A DNA stretch of 29,815 bases from Nitrospiria bacterium (GTDB lineage Bacteria > Nitrospirota > CAKKRA01 > 9FT-COMBO-42-15). The stretch lies in assembly GCA_919903585.1 (NCBI GenBank), contig CAKKST010000125.1, positions 1 through 29,815 on the forward strand, read 5' to 3'. How positions within the stretch are numbered: position 1 is the first letter of the stretch; the number at the start of each line of letters is the position of its first letter. The notes under the pieces were generated by a model, which made no database searches, was not told the DNA's origin, and saw nothing but the letters and a program-made list of their open reading frames with translations. A program made the position numbers and the translations under genes. Shown here in pieces: positions 1-8,688 of this stretch.

Positions 1-1082
1 GTCGGGATAATAGAGCTTGCTATAAGCACGCCTGTCAGCACAGAATACTGCACCTCATCAATAAATCCTGAATGAAGGCCGAAGATAGCGGCAATCAATC
101 CGAATGTCAGACCTGTGCTAAGCAGGAGGGATGTGTAAACCTTTCCATTCGGTATATATCTCTTTGCAAAAAAATAAACGCCGAGGAATTTGGCTGCCTG
201 TTTGATAGCTAAAAGGGCAATAAATATCCCAGATGCAGAGACAATCAGGGGCAATGAAACCTTCATCCCCACCACTATAAAGAATACAGGTGTAATGATT
301 GCAAAGGCGACAGTCCTCAATCTGTTTTTAACAACCCTCGCCTCAGATGTCTCTGTAAAATGCCTTGACATTAATAATCCGAGCACAAAGGCAGGCAGGA
401 TTGCATGACCCTCGCCAAGATTTGCAAAATACATAAAGACAAGCAGAAGCAGGAATATATATTTTATCTCAGGCTCAATAACCTTATTCTTTAATCTGGG
501 ATTATCAAAGACATAATGGGAGAAGCGGGTTGCAAGGATAATCACAATGATAGAAACTGCAATAAAGATAAATGTGTAAAGGTTAGGTTTAATAAAGAGG
601 ATGCTCAGGGCAAGCGCTGTCCCCATATTTGTCATAAAGGTAGCAGCCATGATCATCTTGCCTGTCCTTGTCCTTGACAGATTCGTCTCAACAAGGACAG
701 AATAAACAACAGCAATGGATGTCTCTGACAGGGTGATGCCGGCGATTAAGGATGCTGAAAGGCTCCATCCAACAGCATAATAGGTAAAAAGAAAGGCCGC
801 GAGAAAAGGTGTTAAGAAAGAGGCTGCTCCAATAAGAAGGCTCTCCTTAAACCTCTCCTTCATCAGTTTTGTATCAATCTCTGCCCCTGCAAGAAATGTC
901 AGGATAATCCCGCCAAAGCCTGCAAGATAGAGCATCCACTCCTCAGGCATCAGCCCAAGGTTGCCTGCAACTACTCCGAGGATAATCTCTATTACTGCTA
1001 CAGAGAGTCCTATCTTTAAGGATAAGAGGCTGGAAAGAAAAACCAGCAGGCCTACAATCAATGGGATAATATTTGCTTTCAT
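1..1082 (-). CDS. Cation:proton antiporter (CPA2/KefB-like Na+/H+ exchanger family), 3' end outside window
   Basis: Not in the ORF track (no stop inside window). Manual translation from ATG at 1082: MKANIIPLIVGLLVFLSSLLSLKIGLSVAVIEIILGVVAGNLG...GFGGIILTFLAGAEID...TLSETSIAVVYSVLVE...DEVQYSVLTGVLIASSIIP; multi-TM with CPA2-like FLAGAEID and TSIAVV segments. Starts 25 bp after the ehrS stop. Confidence 0.85.
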   Translation of the reverse strand, partial: MKANIIPLIVGLLVFLSSLLSLKIGLSVAVIEIILGVVAGNLGLMPEEWMLYLAGFGGIILTFLAGAEIDTKLMKERFKESLLIGAASFLTPFLAAFLFTYYAVGWSLSASLIAGITLSETSIAVVYSVLVETNLSRTRTGKMIMAATFMTNMGTALALSILFIKPNLYTFIFIAVSIIVIILATRFSHYVFDNPRLKNKVIEPEIKYIFLLLLVFMYFANLGEGHAILPAFVLGLLMSRHFTETSEARVVKNRLRTVAFAIITPVFFIVVGMKVSLPLIVSASGIFIALLAIKQAAKFLGVYFFAKRYIPNGKVYTSLLLSTGLTFGLIAAIFGLHSGFIDEVQYSVLTGVLIASSIIP

Positions 1083-1107
1083 AATGACTTTTTATTAAAT
1101 AATAATT

Positions 1108-1614
1108 TTACAGTATTGCCTTGAGTATTCCCTGTAATATCGCCACAGGCGTTGGAGGACACCCCTGAATCTTAATATTAACAGGTATAATCTTATCAAC
1201 ACCGCCAAGAGAGGCATAGCCCTCGCCGAATATGCCGCCGTTACACCCGCAATCGCCGACGGCAACCACGAGTTTTGGATTTGGTGTGGCATTGTATGTC
1301 CTTCTCAGTGCTATCTCCATATTGCGGGATACAGGGCCAGTAACAAGGAGCATGTCCGCAAATCTTGGCGAAGCAGTAAAATGGATGCCGAATCTTTCAC
1401 AGTTGTAAATGGGATTATTTATGGCGTGTATCTCAAGCTCGCACCCATTGCATGAGCCAGCATCAACCGCTCTTATAGTAAGGCTTCTTCTGAAACGGCG
1501 TCTGATAACATCTTCTAATTTTGCGCCTATCTCCTGTATTGCTGCCCCTGTTTCAGCAGGAAGAGGCTCTGTAACAATACCCGTTCTGAAAATCTGATGA
1601 AGTATCCTTAACAC
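1108..1614 (-). CDS. ehrS: Ehr small subunit (HyfI/HycG/NuoB-like Fe-S protein)
   Basis: DAGSCNGCELE, ASPRFADMLLVTGPV, AVGDC and GCPPTP: the four Cys of the NuoB/hydrogenase small-subunit [4Fe-4S] site. GTG start with GAGGG upstream. Confidence 0.9.
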   Translation of the reverse strand: MLRILHQIFRTGIVTEPLPAETGAAIQEIGAKLEDVIRRRFRRSLTIRAVDAGSCNGCELEIHAINNPIYNCERFGIHFTASPRFADMLLVTGPVSRNMEIALRRTYNATPNPKLVVAVGDCGCNGGIFGEGYASLGGVDKIIPVNIKIQGCPPTPVAILQGILKAIL

Positions 1615-1632
1615 AAATAATCCCTCAAATCC

Positions 1633-1746
1633 CCCTCTCCCTAACCCTCTCCCACAAGGGGAGAGGGAATAAATTAAAGTCTCTCTCTAAAGAGAGAGCC
1701 CAAAAGTCTCCCCTCCCTTGATGGGAGGGGACTAAGGGGAGGGTGA
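1633..1746. repeat. Inverted pair of CCCTCTCCC..GGGAGAGGG-type palindromic repeats in the ehrL-ehrS spacer
   Basis: ccctctccctaaccctctcccacaaggggagaggga (1633-1668), ctctctctaaagagagag hairpin (1681-1698) and the opposite-orientation cccctcccttgatgggaggggactaaggggagggtga (1710-1746). Confidence 0.8.
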
Positions 1747-1752
1747 TTATTT

Positions 1753-3378
1753 TTATAAATCATGTCCCGAATATGACTGGTTAAAACTCTTATTGCATAA
1801 TGGAAAATCAGGGACAATATTCCCATGTATTGCCTGTTCAAGTGCAAGCCAGTTTACGCTGGATGGGTCCCTCACCATGCATCTGTTTATTTCACCCTTT
1901 GCATCTGACTGAAGCCAGTAAACAATCTCACCTCGCCAGCCTTCAACAACTGCAAAACCAGCTCTATGAGGCTGGGGGCAGGAGGCCTGGGACTTGAGAT
2001 CTGGTTCAGCAATCTGACCATCCGGCAGATTATTGAGTATCTCACGGATGATTCTAATTGACTCCCTTGTCTCCTCTATCCTTACCCATGCACGGGCATG
2101 CACATCACCTGAATTAAGCACAGGCACCTTTGGTATGATTTTGTCATAAGGCGGAAAGGGGTTCTGGATGCGGCAGTCTAAATTCCGACCGCTTGCCCTT
2201 GCTGTAAATCCAACAACACACAACTCCTTTGCAGTCTCAGGTTTCAGTATGCCTGTGTCCCTAACCCTGTCCTCTAATGACGGGTTTTCATCGTAGATAA
2301 CAACAAGCCTCTCAAACTCCTTTAATAGCCAGTTCATCTCGGCTAATATCTCGTTTTTTCCATCTGAGTTAATATCAATAATTACTCCACCGGGAATAAT
2401 CCTGTCCATCATAAACCTGTGGCCAAAGAGTTTTAGATTTATGCGAAGGAGCATCTCTCTTAGCCTTGAGAATTGATATAGAAGAAAAGCAAACGCAGCA
2501 TCATTGGCAATTGCACCAATATCTCCGAGGTGATTTGCAATTCGCTCTCTCTCAAGCATTAATGCCCTTAACCACAACACCCTTTCAGGAGGGTTACATC
2601 CTGTCATTGCCTCCAATGCCCTGCAATAGCAAAGGCTGTGTGCTACAGTGCTGTCGCCAGATACCCTTCCTGCAAGTTTAACACCCTCTGTCCATGATAG
2701 GGATTCAAACCTTTTTTCAATGCCCTTGTGAACATATCCTAATCTTTCTTCAAGATTGAGTATATCTTCTCCAACTGCCTGAAACCTGAAATGCCCTGGT
2801 TCAATAATTCCTGCATGCACAGGGCCAACAGGTATCTCATATACACCTTCGCCTTCTGCCTTGATAAAATTATATTCACCCTTTACCCTCTGCATTGGCT
2901 TTGATGCATCAAAGGACTTTCTTAATGGATAGGCATCCTCTGGCCAGTCCTCGTGCCTTATCCACGGCCTTAAATCTGGATGGCCTGTTGGTATTACGCC
3001 CATAAGGCTGTTCATCTGTCTTTCAAACCGATGTGCAGGGGCAAACTTTTTTGTGATGCTTGGGAAGGTCGGGTCTTCAATCGGGGTATATGTTTTTACA
3101 ATCAGATATTCATTGTCCCTTGCATAGCAGGCATAAATGCCAAAGCCCCTCCCCCTCACCCCTTCCCTCTCCCCAGAGGGGAGAGGGAGTGAAGAGTAAT
3201 GGGATTCATCTGTAGCCCACTCTGCAACAAGCCTTGCATCTGCCGTCTTCATCATCCTTGCCGCATCTCTAAATTGCTCCCTTGAAACAATATATGCAGG
3301 GACATTAGAAGGACATTGATTCTCATCAGGACTCGCATCTATGCCCGGGGCCGATATAATAGTCTCTCTCAGCGTCAT
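1753..3378 (-). CDS. ehrL: Ehr large subunit (HycE/HyfG-like, fused NuoC+NuoD-like), lacking NiFe ligands
   Basis: GPVHAGIIEPGHFRF, GYVHKGIEK, LERERIANHLGDIG, EGWRGE and RDPS motifs. RVSGDSTVAH stands where RxCGxC would be; C-terminus PLCNKSFNQSYSGHDL has no DPCxxC. Overlaps ehrD stop (ATGA). Confidence 0.9.
   Translation of the reverse strand: MTLRETIISAPGIDASPDENQCPSNVPAYIVSREQFRDAARMMKTADARLVAEWATDESHYSSLPLPSGEREGVRGRGFGIYACYARDNEYLIVKTYTPIEDPTFPSITKKFAPAHRFERQMNSLMGVIPTGHPDLRPWIRHEDWPEDAYPLRKSFDASKPMQRVKGEYNFIKAEGEGVYEIPVGPVHAGIIEPGHFRFQAVGEDILNLEERLGYVHKGIEKRFESLSWTEGVKLAGRVSGDSTVAHSLCYCRALEAMTGCNPPERVLWLRALMLERERIANHLGDIGAIANDAAFAFLLYQFSRLREMLLRINLKLFGHRFMMDRIIPGGVIIDINSDGKNEILAEMNWLLKEFERLVVIYDENPSLEDRVRDTGILKPETAKELCVVGFTARASGRNLDCRIQNPFPPYDKIIPKVPVLNSGDVHARAWVRIEETRESIRIIREILNNLPDGQIAEPDLKSQASCPQPHRAGFAVVEGWRGEIVYWLQSDAKGEINRCMVRDPSSVNWLALEQAIHGNIVPDFPLCNKSFNQSYSGHDL
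3146..3197. repeat. Palindromic repeat inside the ehrL coding sequence
   Basis: 11-bp stem tccctctcccc-aga-ggggagaggga (3164-3188) preceded by cccctcccccTCACCCCT; same family as 1633-1746; reads in frame as SSLPLPSGEREGVRGRG. Confidence 0.75.
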
Positions 3379-4823
3379 TTCAATAACTCCACTGCCTTAT
3401 GAAACCACTGATTTAAAAAATCAGGCATATAGATTCCTAAAATAAGCACCAATACCATGTGAAGTATCACCGGTATATTCGCAGCCTTAAGGGATTTATG
3501 GCTTGGCGGCACAGAGCCTGACACCATCTGCTGTGCCCTCCTTAAGATCCCTGCAAATGCCACACCCAGCCCTATCAATAGAAAAGGTGTAAAAATTGGC
3601 GCATCCTTAATTGTTGCCGTAAGGATCAAAAACTCGCTGACAAAGACACCAAATGGCGGCATCCCCACAATCGCCATAACACCTAAGATAAGCCCCCAGC
3701 CGACAAGCGGGTTACCCTTGATAAGCCCCCTTATCTTGTCCATCTCCTGTGTCCCATGTATCTGTGAAGCATGACCTACTGTAAAAAATATGGATGACTT
3801 TGTCAGGCTGTGAACCAGCATGTGCATTAGGGCGCCGAAGGTGGCTATCGGCCCGCCAAGGCCAAAGGCAAAGGTTGCAATACCCATGTGCTCTATGGAA
3901 GAATAGGCAAATATCCTTTTTATATCCTTCTGCCTCAATAGAGAGAAGGAGGCAACAAGTATGGAGAGCAGCCCAAACCCCATCATCATATAACCTGCCT
4001 GATGGGTTCCTGTAGCGCCATCTACAAGGACCTTGAACCTCACAAGTGCATAGAGCGCTATATTCAAAAGAAGGCCTGAAAGTACTGCGGATATCGGGGT
4101 TGGGCCTTCGCTGTGTGCATCAGGAAGCCAATTGTGCAGAGGGACAAGACCTACCTTTGTGCCATAGCCGACTAACAGGAACACAAAGGCAAGGCGAAGC
4201 ACAGTGGGTTCAAGCTGGCCGCTCACCTGATTCAGGTTTGTCCATAGAAGCGCCTCACCGCCTTCACCGAGCACCCTTTCTGCAGCAAAATACAGAAGCA
4301 CAGTCCCGAACAATGCCAGTGCAATACCCACACCACAGAGTATAAAATATTTCCATGCCGCCTCAATTGCAGTTGGCGTACGATAGAGTGAAACCAATAA
4401 GACAGTAGATAAAGTTGCAAGCTCCATTGCTATCCATAGGACACCAACATTGTTTGTAAGGAGCGCAAGGAGCATGGCAAAGATAAAGAGCTGAAACATA
4501 GCATGATAAAACCGCATCCCCCAGTGGCCCACACGGCCATGCTCCCTCTCCCTCCGCATATATCTCCTGCTGAAGATGGCGGTTGTAAATGAGACGAGGG
4601 ATGTAAGGACAGCAAGATATACATTAAAATAATCAACAAAAAAGAATTTTCCGCCTGCGAGCATTGGCCCCTGCATATTGACCTGAACTGCAAGGCCAAG
4701 ACCTGCAAAAAAGGTAACAGCAGAGCCAATAATATTTATCTCATGGGCAAATCTCCTGTCCCCTACAAAGGCAAGAATAATTGCAGCAACAAATGATACG
4801 GCTAATAGAATAAGGATCATCAT
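3375..4823 (-). CDS. ehrD: Ehr antiporter-like membrane subunit (HyfF-like, MrpD/NuoM-N family)
   Basis: WIAMELATL, EAAWKYFILCG, GYGTKVGLVPLHNWLPDAHSEGPTPISAVLSG, DIKRIFAYSSIEHMG. Confidence 0.9.
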   Translation of the reverse strand: MMILILLAVSFVAAIILAFVGDRRFAHEINIIGSAVTFFAGLGLAVQVNMQGPMLAGGKFFFVDYFNVYLAVLTSLVSFTTAIFSRRYMRREREHGRVGHWGMRFYHAMFQLFIFAMLLALLTNNVGVLWIAMELATLSTVLLVSLYRTPTAIEAAWKYFILCGVGIALALFGTVLLYFAAERVLGEGGEALLWTNLNQVSGQLEPTVLRLAFVFLLVGYGTKVGLVPLHNWLPDAHSEGPTPISAVLSGLLLNIALYALVRFKVLVDGATGTHQAGYMMMGFGLLSILVASFSLLRQKDIKRIFAYSSIEHMGIATFAFGLGGPIATFGALMHMLVHSLTKSSIFFTVGHASQIHGTQEMDKIRGLIKGNPLVGWGLILGVMAIVGMPPFGVFVSEFLILTATIKDAPIFTPFLLIGLGVAFAGILRRAQQMVSGSVPPSHKSLKAANIPVILHMVLVLILGIYMPDFLNQWFHKAVELLK

Positions 4824-4832
4824 ATTACCCTG

Positions 4833-5498
4833 CTACTCCTCCTCTTTTAATTTCGCCATACTATTTACATCCAGACTGTCAAAGGTGGTTCTTATCTGGA
4901 AAAAAAAGATGCCGAATATAAAGGCGGCAATAAGGATATCAAGGGCCACGCCAAGCTCCACAACAAGGGGCATGCCGTATGTAGCGCTGGTTGCAGCAAA
5001 GAAGAGGCCGTTCTCCATGGAGAGGAAACCTATTATCTGAGTAACAGCATTCCTTCTTGTAATCATCATCAAAAGGCCAAGCATGACAGTGGCAAGGGCT
5101 ACAGCGAGTGTGGATTTTGTTACAAGGGTTGAAAGCTCTATTATAGGGGCTGTAAGATGATATGAAAATATCACAAGGGCTATGCCTATCAGCATCGTTG
5201 TGGGGATATTCACCACTGTATCCACCTCTTTACGAATCTGCATGCGGATTATGAGGATATGCAGTATGTATGGCAGGACAATCACCTTAAGCCCCAGTGT
5301 CAGAACAGATGATATATAAAGGTGATTCACTCCGGCCACATAACCGACTATGCCTGTGCTTATAGAAAGAAAAAGGCCCTGCCATGCAAAGAGATGCAGT
5401 AAACCGTATATCCTCCTCTGTACAAGCAGGCCAAAGGCAGTAAGAAGGATGAGCGCTGCAAGGATGCTATTTATCTGTGCTGCAAGTGTTATTGACAT
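4833..5498 (-). CDS. ehrC: Ehr membrane subunit (HyfE-like, NuoK-related)
   Basis: 221 aa hydrophobic protein; QGLFL, QIIGFLSMENG, MPLVVELGVALD; position between HyfC-like and HyfF-like genes. Confidence 0.85.
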   Translation of the reverse strand: MSITLAAQINSILAALILLTAFGLLVQRRIYGLLHLFAWQGLFLSISTGIVGYVAGVNHLYISSVLTLGLKVIVLPYILHILIIRMQIRKEVDTVVNIPTTMLIGIALVIFSYHLTAPIIELSTLVTKSTLAVALATVMLGLLMMITRRNAVTQIIGFLSMENGLFFAATSATYGMPLVVELGVALDILIAAFIFGIFFFQIRTTFDSLDVNSMAKLKEEE

Positions 5499-5501
5499 AT
5501 A

Positions 5502-6449
5502 TCACTCCAGTATAAAATAGGATAACATACCTAATGTTGCAAAGAGGAATGCGCTTCCGAGAAACTCAGGGATACGGAATATCCGCATCTTTGCCAGACC
5601 TGTCTCTATCAGCACAAGGCCTGTGCCTGCCAAACATAGTTTTATTGCAAGAAAAAGGATAGCAGCAGGGAGATAAATCAGATTATCCTTTGGTGCAATC
5701 CCCCAAGGGAAAAATACGGCTATCCCAAGGCCTGCAAAGAGAAATACCTTCATCATCCCTGCCCACTCCATAAGGGCGAGGTGACGGCCTGAGTATTCAA
5801 GTATCATCGCCTCATGTATCATTGTCAGCTCAAGATGTGTTGCAGGATTATCAACAGGTATCCTCCCTGTCTCTGCTATAGCAATAAGAATAAATGCCAA
5901 TACTGCAAAGGCTATGGACGGCCTTAAGATGAATCCTTTGCTGGTAATCACATGGACTATCTGAGAAAGTGAGGTTGATCTGCTGACCAGAGATACAGTA
6001 AATATAGCCATGAGCATGGCAGGCTCTGCAAGCGATGCAATCATCATCTCCCTGCTTGAACCCATTCCGCCAAAGGCCGTGCCAATATCCATCCCTGCCA
6101 GAGCTGTAAAGAATCGGGCAATTGCAAAGAGACCGATCAGGACAATAACATCTGCTGTAGCTGATAAAGGCAGATCAACGGAAAGTATCGGCACTATTGC
6201 GCCAACAAGAACAGTAACGCCAAAGACAAGGTATGGCGTAAAACGAAATATCCACGAAGCATTTTCAGCCAGCACCACATCCTTAGTAAAGAGTTTTGCT
6301 ATATCCCTGTATGGCTGTAATATCCCTGCAGAGGTGCGGCCCTGAGACCAGCACTTCAACATCCTTATCCAACCGATAAAAACAGGGGCAGCAATAAGCA
6401 GAATAGCAATCTGCAATATCTCTATTATTACTGGATAAATCTGATTCAT
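5502..6449 (-). CDS. ehrB: Ehr membrane subunit (HyfC/HycD-like, NuoH family)
   Basis: QPYRDIAKLFTK, GTAFGGMGSSREM, ETGRIPVDNPATHLELTMIHEAMILEYSG. Confidence 0.9.
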   Translation of the reverse strand: MNQIYPVIIEILQIAILLIAAPVFIGWIRMLKCWSQGRTSAGILQPYRDIAKLFTKDVVLAENASWIFRFTPYLVFGVTVLVGAIVPILSVDLPLSATADVIVLIGLFAIARFFTALAGMDIGTAFGGMGSSREMMIASLAEPAMLMAIFTVSLVSRSTSLSQIVHVITSKGFILRPSIAFAVLAFILIAIAETGRIPVDNPATHLELTMIHEAMILEYSGRHLALMEWAGMMKVFLFAGLGIAVFFPWGIAPKDNLIYLPAAILFLAIKLCLAGTGLVLIETGLAKMRIFRIPEFLGSAFLFATLGMLSYFILE

Positions 6450-8557
6450 CTTAAAAATAACAAAAGCACAATAATTGTTATAAAGGAATATATAAGATAC
6501 ATCTGTATCCGCCCTTGTTGAAGCTTGCCGACCTTTCGGGATATCCAGATGCTCGCATCAGCTACAGGTTTGTAAAACAGCCCCCAGAAACGATCCCTCA
6601 CCTTAAGATGATAGCGCAGCCTCTTTGGAAAAAGTGGATTCCCTGTCGGATAAACTGCCCTGACATCCTCCCTAATGCTAAAGAGAAAACCAAATATCCT
6701 CCTTATAGGCATGGAAAATGATGCAGCGCTATACTGCATCCTGTTGGTAACCTTCTCAAAGCCGCAGTCCCAGAGGGGAGCCCTGTGTACAGCAGCCTTT
6801 CTGATATGAAGGAGTATATAGGCCAATAATACAACAGCAAGCACAACGATAAGGACAATGGGGGCTGAATAGGAAGCCCTCTCATGTGCAATTGGTGTAA
6901 GCCAGAGCCAGCCAAACTCCCCTGCTGTAATGGTGATCTTATCACCAACTAATTGTTCGGAAAGCGCATCCATCCACCCTATAGTCATTGTTGGCAAGAT
7001 GCCGAGGATAAGACATGCAAGTGCAGCCATTATCATGCCGATACGCATATACCAGTCTACCTCTAATCCGCCGTTCCCCCCTTTAACCCCTCTGTATCCC
7101 CCCTTGCTAAGGGGGGAATCAAAGGGGGGTGGGGAATTATGATGGCCGCGCCAGCGGCCCAAAAATGTTACACCGAATGCCATGACAAAACAGGCAGCAG
7201 ATAATGCAGCTGCAAGGGCGAGCAAGGCAGCGCCAAGAGGTATGAGGAGATTTAATAGTGGGGTCTGTAATGATGGTGAAAGCAGGAATGCCTGAAATGT
7301 AAGCCACTCAGAGACAAACCCGTTAAATGGCGGCAGTGCAGAAATAGAGATGCACCCCACAAGAAAGAGTGCAGCAGTCCATGGCATCTTATGTATAAGG
7401 CCTCCCATCTCCTCCATGCTGCGCTCCTTTGTCGCATAAAGCACAGCGCCAGCACCCATAAAGAGCAGCCCCTTAAACATGGCGTGGTTTAGTGTGTGAT
7501 AGAGCCCTGCAAGAAGACTAAGGGCAGCAAGCTGCGGCATCTCAAAATAGGTAAATATCATGGCAAGGCCTATCCCTATAAGGATTATACCTATATTCTC
7601 AACAGAGGAATAGGCAAGGAGCCTCTTTAAGTCGTGCTGCATTAAGGCATAAAGAACACCCAAAACAGCAGATATCAGGCCGAATATCAGCACAATAGCG
7701 CCCCACCACCAGTTTGATATGCCTATCAGGTCAAAGCTTACACGGACTATTCCATAAATAGCGGTCTTGAGCATTACGCCGCTCATTAAAGCGGATACAT
7801 TTGAAGGTGCAACAGGGTGCGCCTCTGGCAGCCACACATGAAACGGTATTACCCCTGCCTTTGCAGCAAATCCAAAGAAGGCCAGAAGAAAGGCAGCGGT
7901 TGCCCACCCTGCAGGGAATTCTGCCTGACGCATGGCATCAAAGGTATAGCCGTCAAAACCCTTAAACCCTGTTGTAAGTCCTGCAAGGATACCAAAGGAC
8001 AAGAGGATGGCAATAGCCCCGACATGGGCAACAACCAGATACAAAAAGGCTGCCCTCCTGTTTTCAACACGCTCGTCCTCAAACATCACAAGAAAATATG
8101 ATGACGCTGCCATAAGCTCCCATGAGATTAAGAAAGAGAGGGCATCGTCAGATAGAATCACCAGAAACATCCCGGTTATAAAGAGGCAATAGAATATCAC
8201 AAGATGCGTTACAGACCTGTGCCCAATAAAGCCCTTGACATATCCAAGTGAATAGACGGACACAAAAAATGATAAAAGCCCGACTACTACCAGAAAGAAA
8301 CCTGACAATGGATCAAGCCTAAGATGAAAGGGCAGGTCAGGAATACCCATTGATATTGTGGTAGACTCCACATACCCGGCGCCCACGCCCCATATCCCTG
8401 CGATTGAAGCCATTAGGCAGGATAGGGCTGTGATTGAAAAGGATACAGATATAAGGAGCTTTTGGTATTTATTTAAGAAGGCTGCTATAACTATCGCAGC
8501 TAAAAGCAGAATTATGGAAAAAAAAGCAGTCCCAAAAGGGGTTATGTCGCTAATCAT
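6446..8557 (-). CDS. ehrA: Ehr large antiporter-like membrane subunit (HyfB/HycC-like, NuoL/MrpA family)
   Basis: FLISWELM, GFAAKAGVIPFHVWLPEAHPVAPSNVSALMSG, DLKRLLAYSSVENIG, PPFNGFVSEW, WDCGF; overlaps ehrB start (ATGA). Confidence 0.9.
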   Translation of the reverse strand: MISDITPFGTAFFSIILLLAAIVIAAFLNKYQKLLISVSFSITALSCLMASIAGIWGVGAGYVESTTISMGIPDLPFHLRLDPLSGFFLVVVGLLSFFVSVYSLGYVKGFIGHRSVTHLVIFYCLFITGMFLVILSDDALSFLISWELMAASSYFLVMFEDERVENRRAAFLYLVVAHVGAIAILLSFGILAGLTTGFKGFDGYTFDAMRQAEFPAGWATAAFLLAFFGFAAKAGVIPFHVWLPEAHPVAPSNVSALMSGVMLKTAIYGIVRVSFDLIGISNWWWGAIVLIFGLISAVLGVLYALMQHDLKRLLAYSSVENIGIILIGIGLAMIFTYFEMPQLAALSLLAGLYHTLNHAMFKGLLFMGAGAVLYATKERSMEEMGGLIHKMPWTAALFLVGCISISALPPFNGFVSEWLTFQAFLLSPSLQTPLLNLLIPLGAALLALAAALSAACFVMAFGVTFLGRWRGHHNSPPPFDSPLSKGGYRGVKGGNGGLEVDWYMRIGMIMAALACLILGILPTMTIGWMDALSEQLVGDKITITAGEFGWLWLTPIAHERASYSAPIVLIVVLAVVLLAYILLHIRKAAVHRAPLWDCGFEKVTNRMQYSAASFSMPIRRIFGFLFSIREDVRAVYPTGNPLFPKRLRYHLKVRDRFWGLFYKPVADASIWISRKVGKLQQGRIQMYLIYSFITIIVLLLFLR
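7076..7134. repeat. Palindromic repeat inside the ehrA coding sequence
   Basis: 9-bp stem tcccccctt-gct-aagggggga (7097-7117) flanked by C-rich and G-rich arms; reads in frame as SPPPFDSPLSKGGYRGVKGG. Confidence 0.7.
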
Positions 8558-8607
8558 CTAATTATTCCATTATCAAAAAATAATACTAAGGAAACACTAT
8601 ATTTGTT

Positions 8608-8636
8608 TATATACTCCTCTCATTTTAATTTGTCAA
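8608..8636 (-). promoter_or_regulatory. Putative sigma70 promoter of the ehr operon
   Basis: TTGACA-N17-TATATA on the minus strand, about 50 bp upstream of the ehrA ATG. Confidence 0.6.
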
Positions 8637-8659
8637 GTATTAGATTGATGTGCTATACT
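8630..8659 (+). promoter_or_regulatory. Putative sigma70 promoter of the cytochrome c gene
   Basis: TTGTCA-N18-TATACT, 30 bp upstream of ATG 8689; its -35 overlaps the opposite-strand TTGACA. Confidence 0.4.
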
Positions 8660-8688
8660 TATATAAAATTTTCCTTCGGAGGTCTTTT

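Noticed and set aside
1966-2005. Degenerate 7-mer periodicity in ehrL (cagatct caagtcc caggcct cctgccc ccagcct)
   Set aside because: Too degenerate to separate from chance without an orthologue alignment.
1108-8557. Hydrogenase-4 / formate hydrogenlyase or a true group 4 NiFe hydrogenase
   Set aside because: The large subunit lacks both CxxC nickel-binding motifs, and no ferredoxin-like or formate dehydrogenase genes are present.
3375-8557. DabAB-type inorganic carbon pump or Mrp antiporter
   Set aside because: No DUF2309/DabA gene and no MrpE/F/G; the antiporter-like subunits come with NuoH-, NuoCD- and NuoB-like genes.
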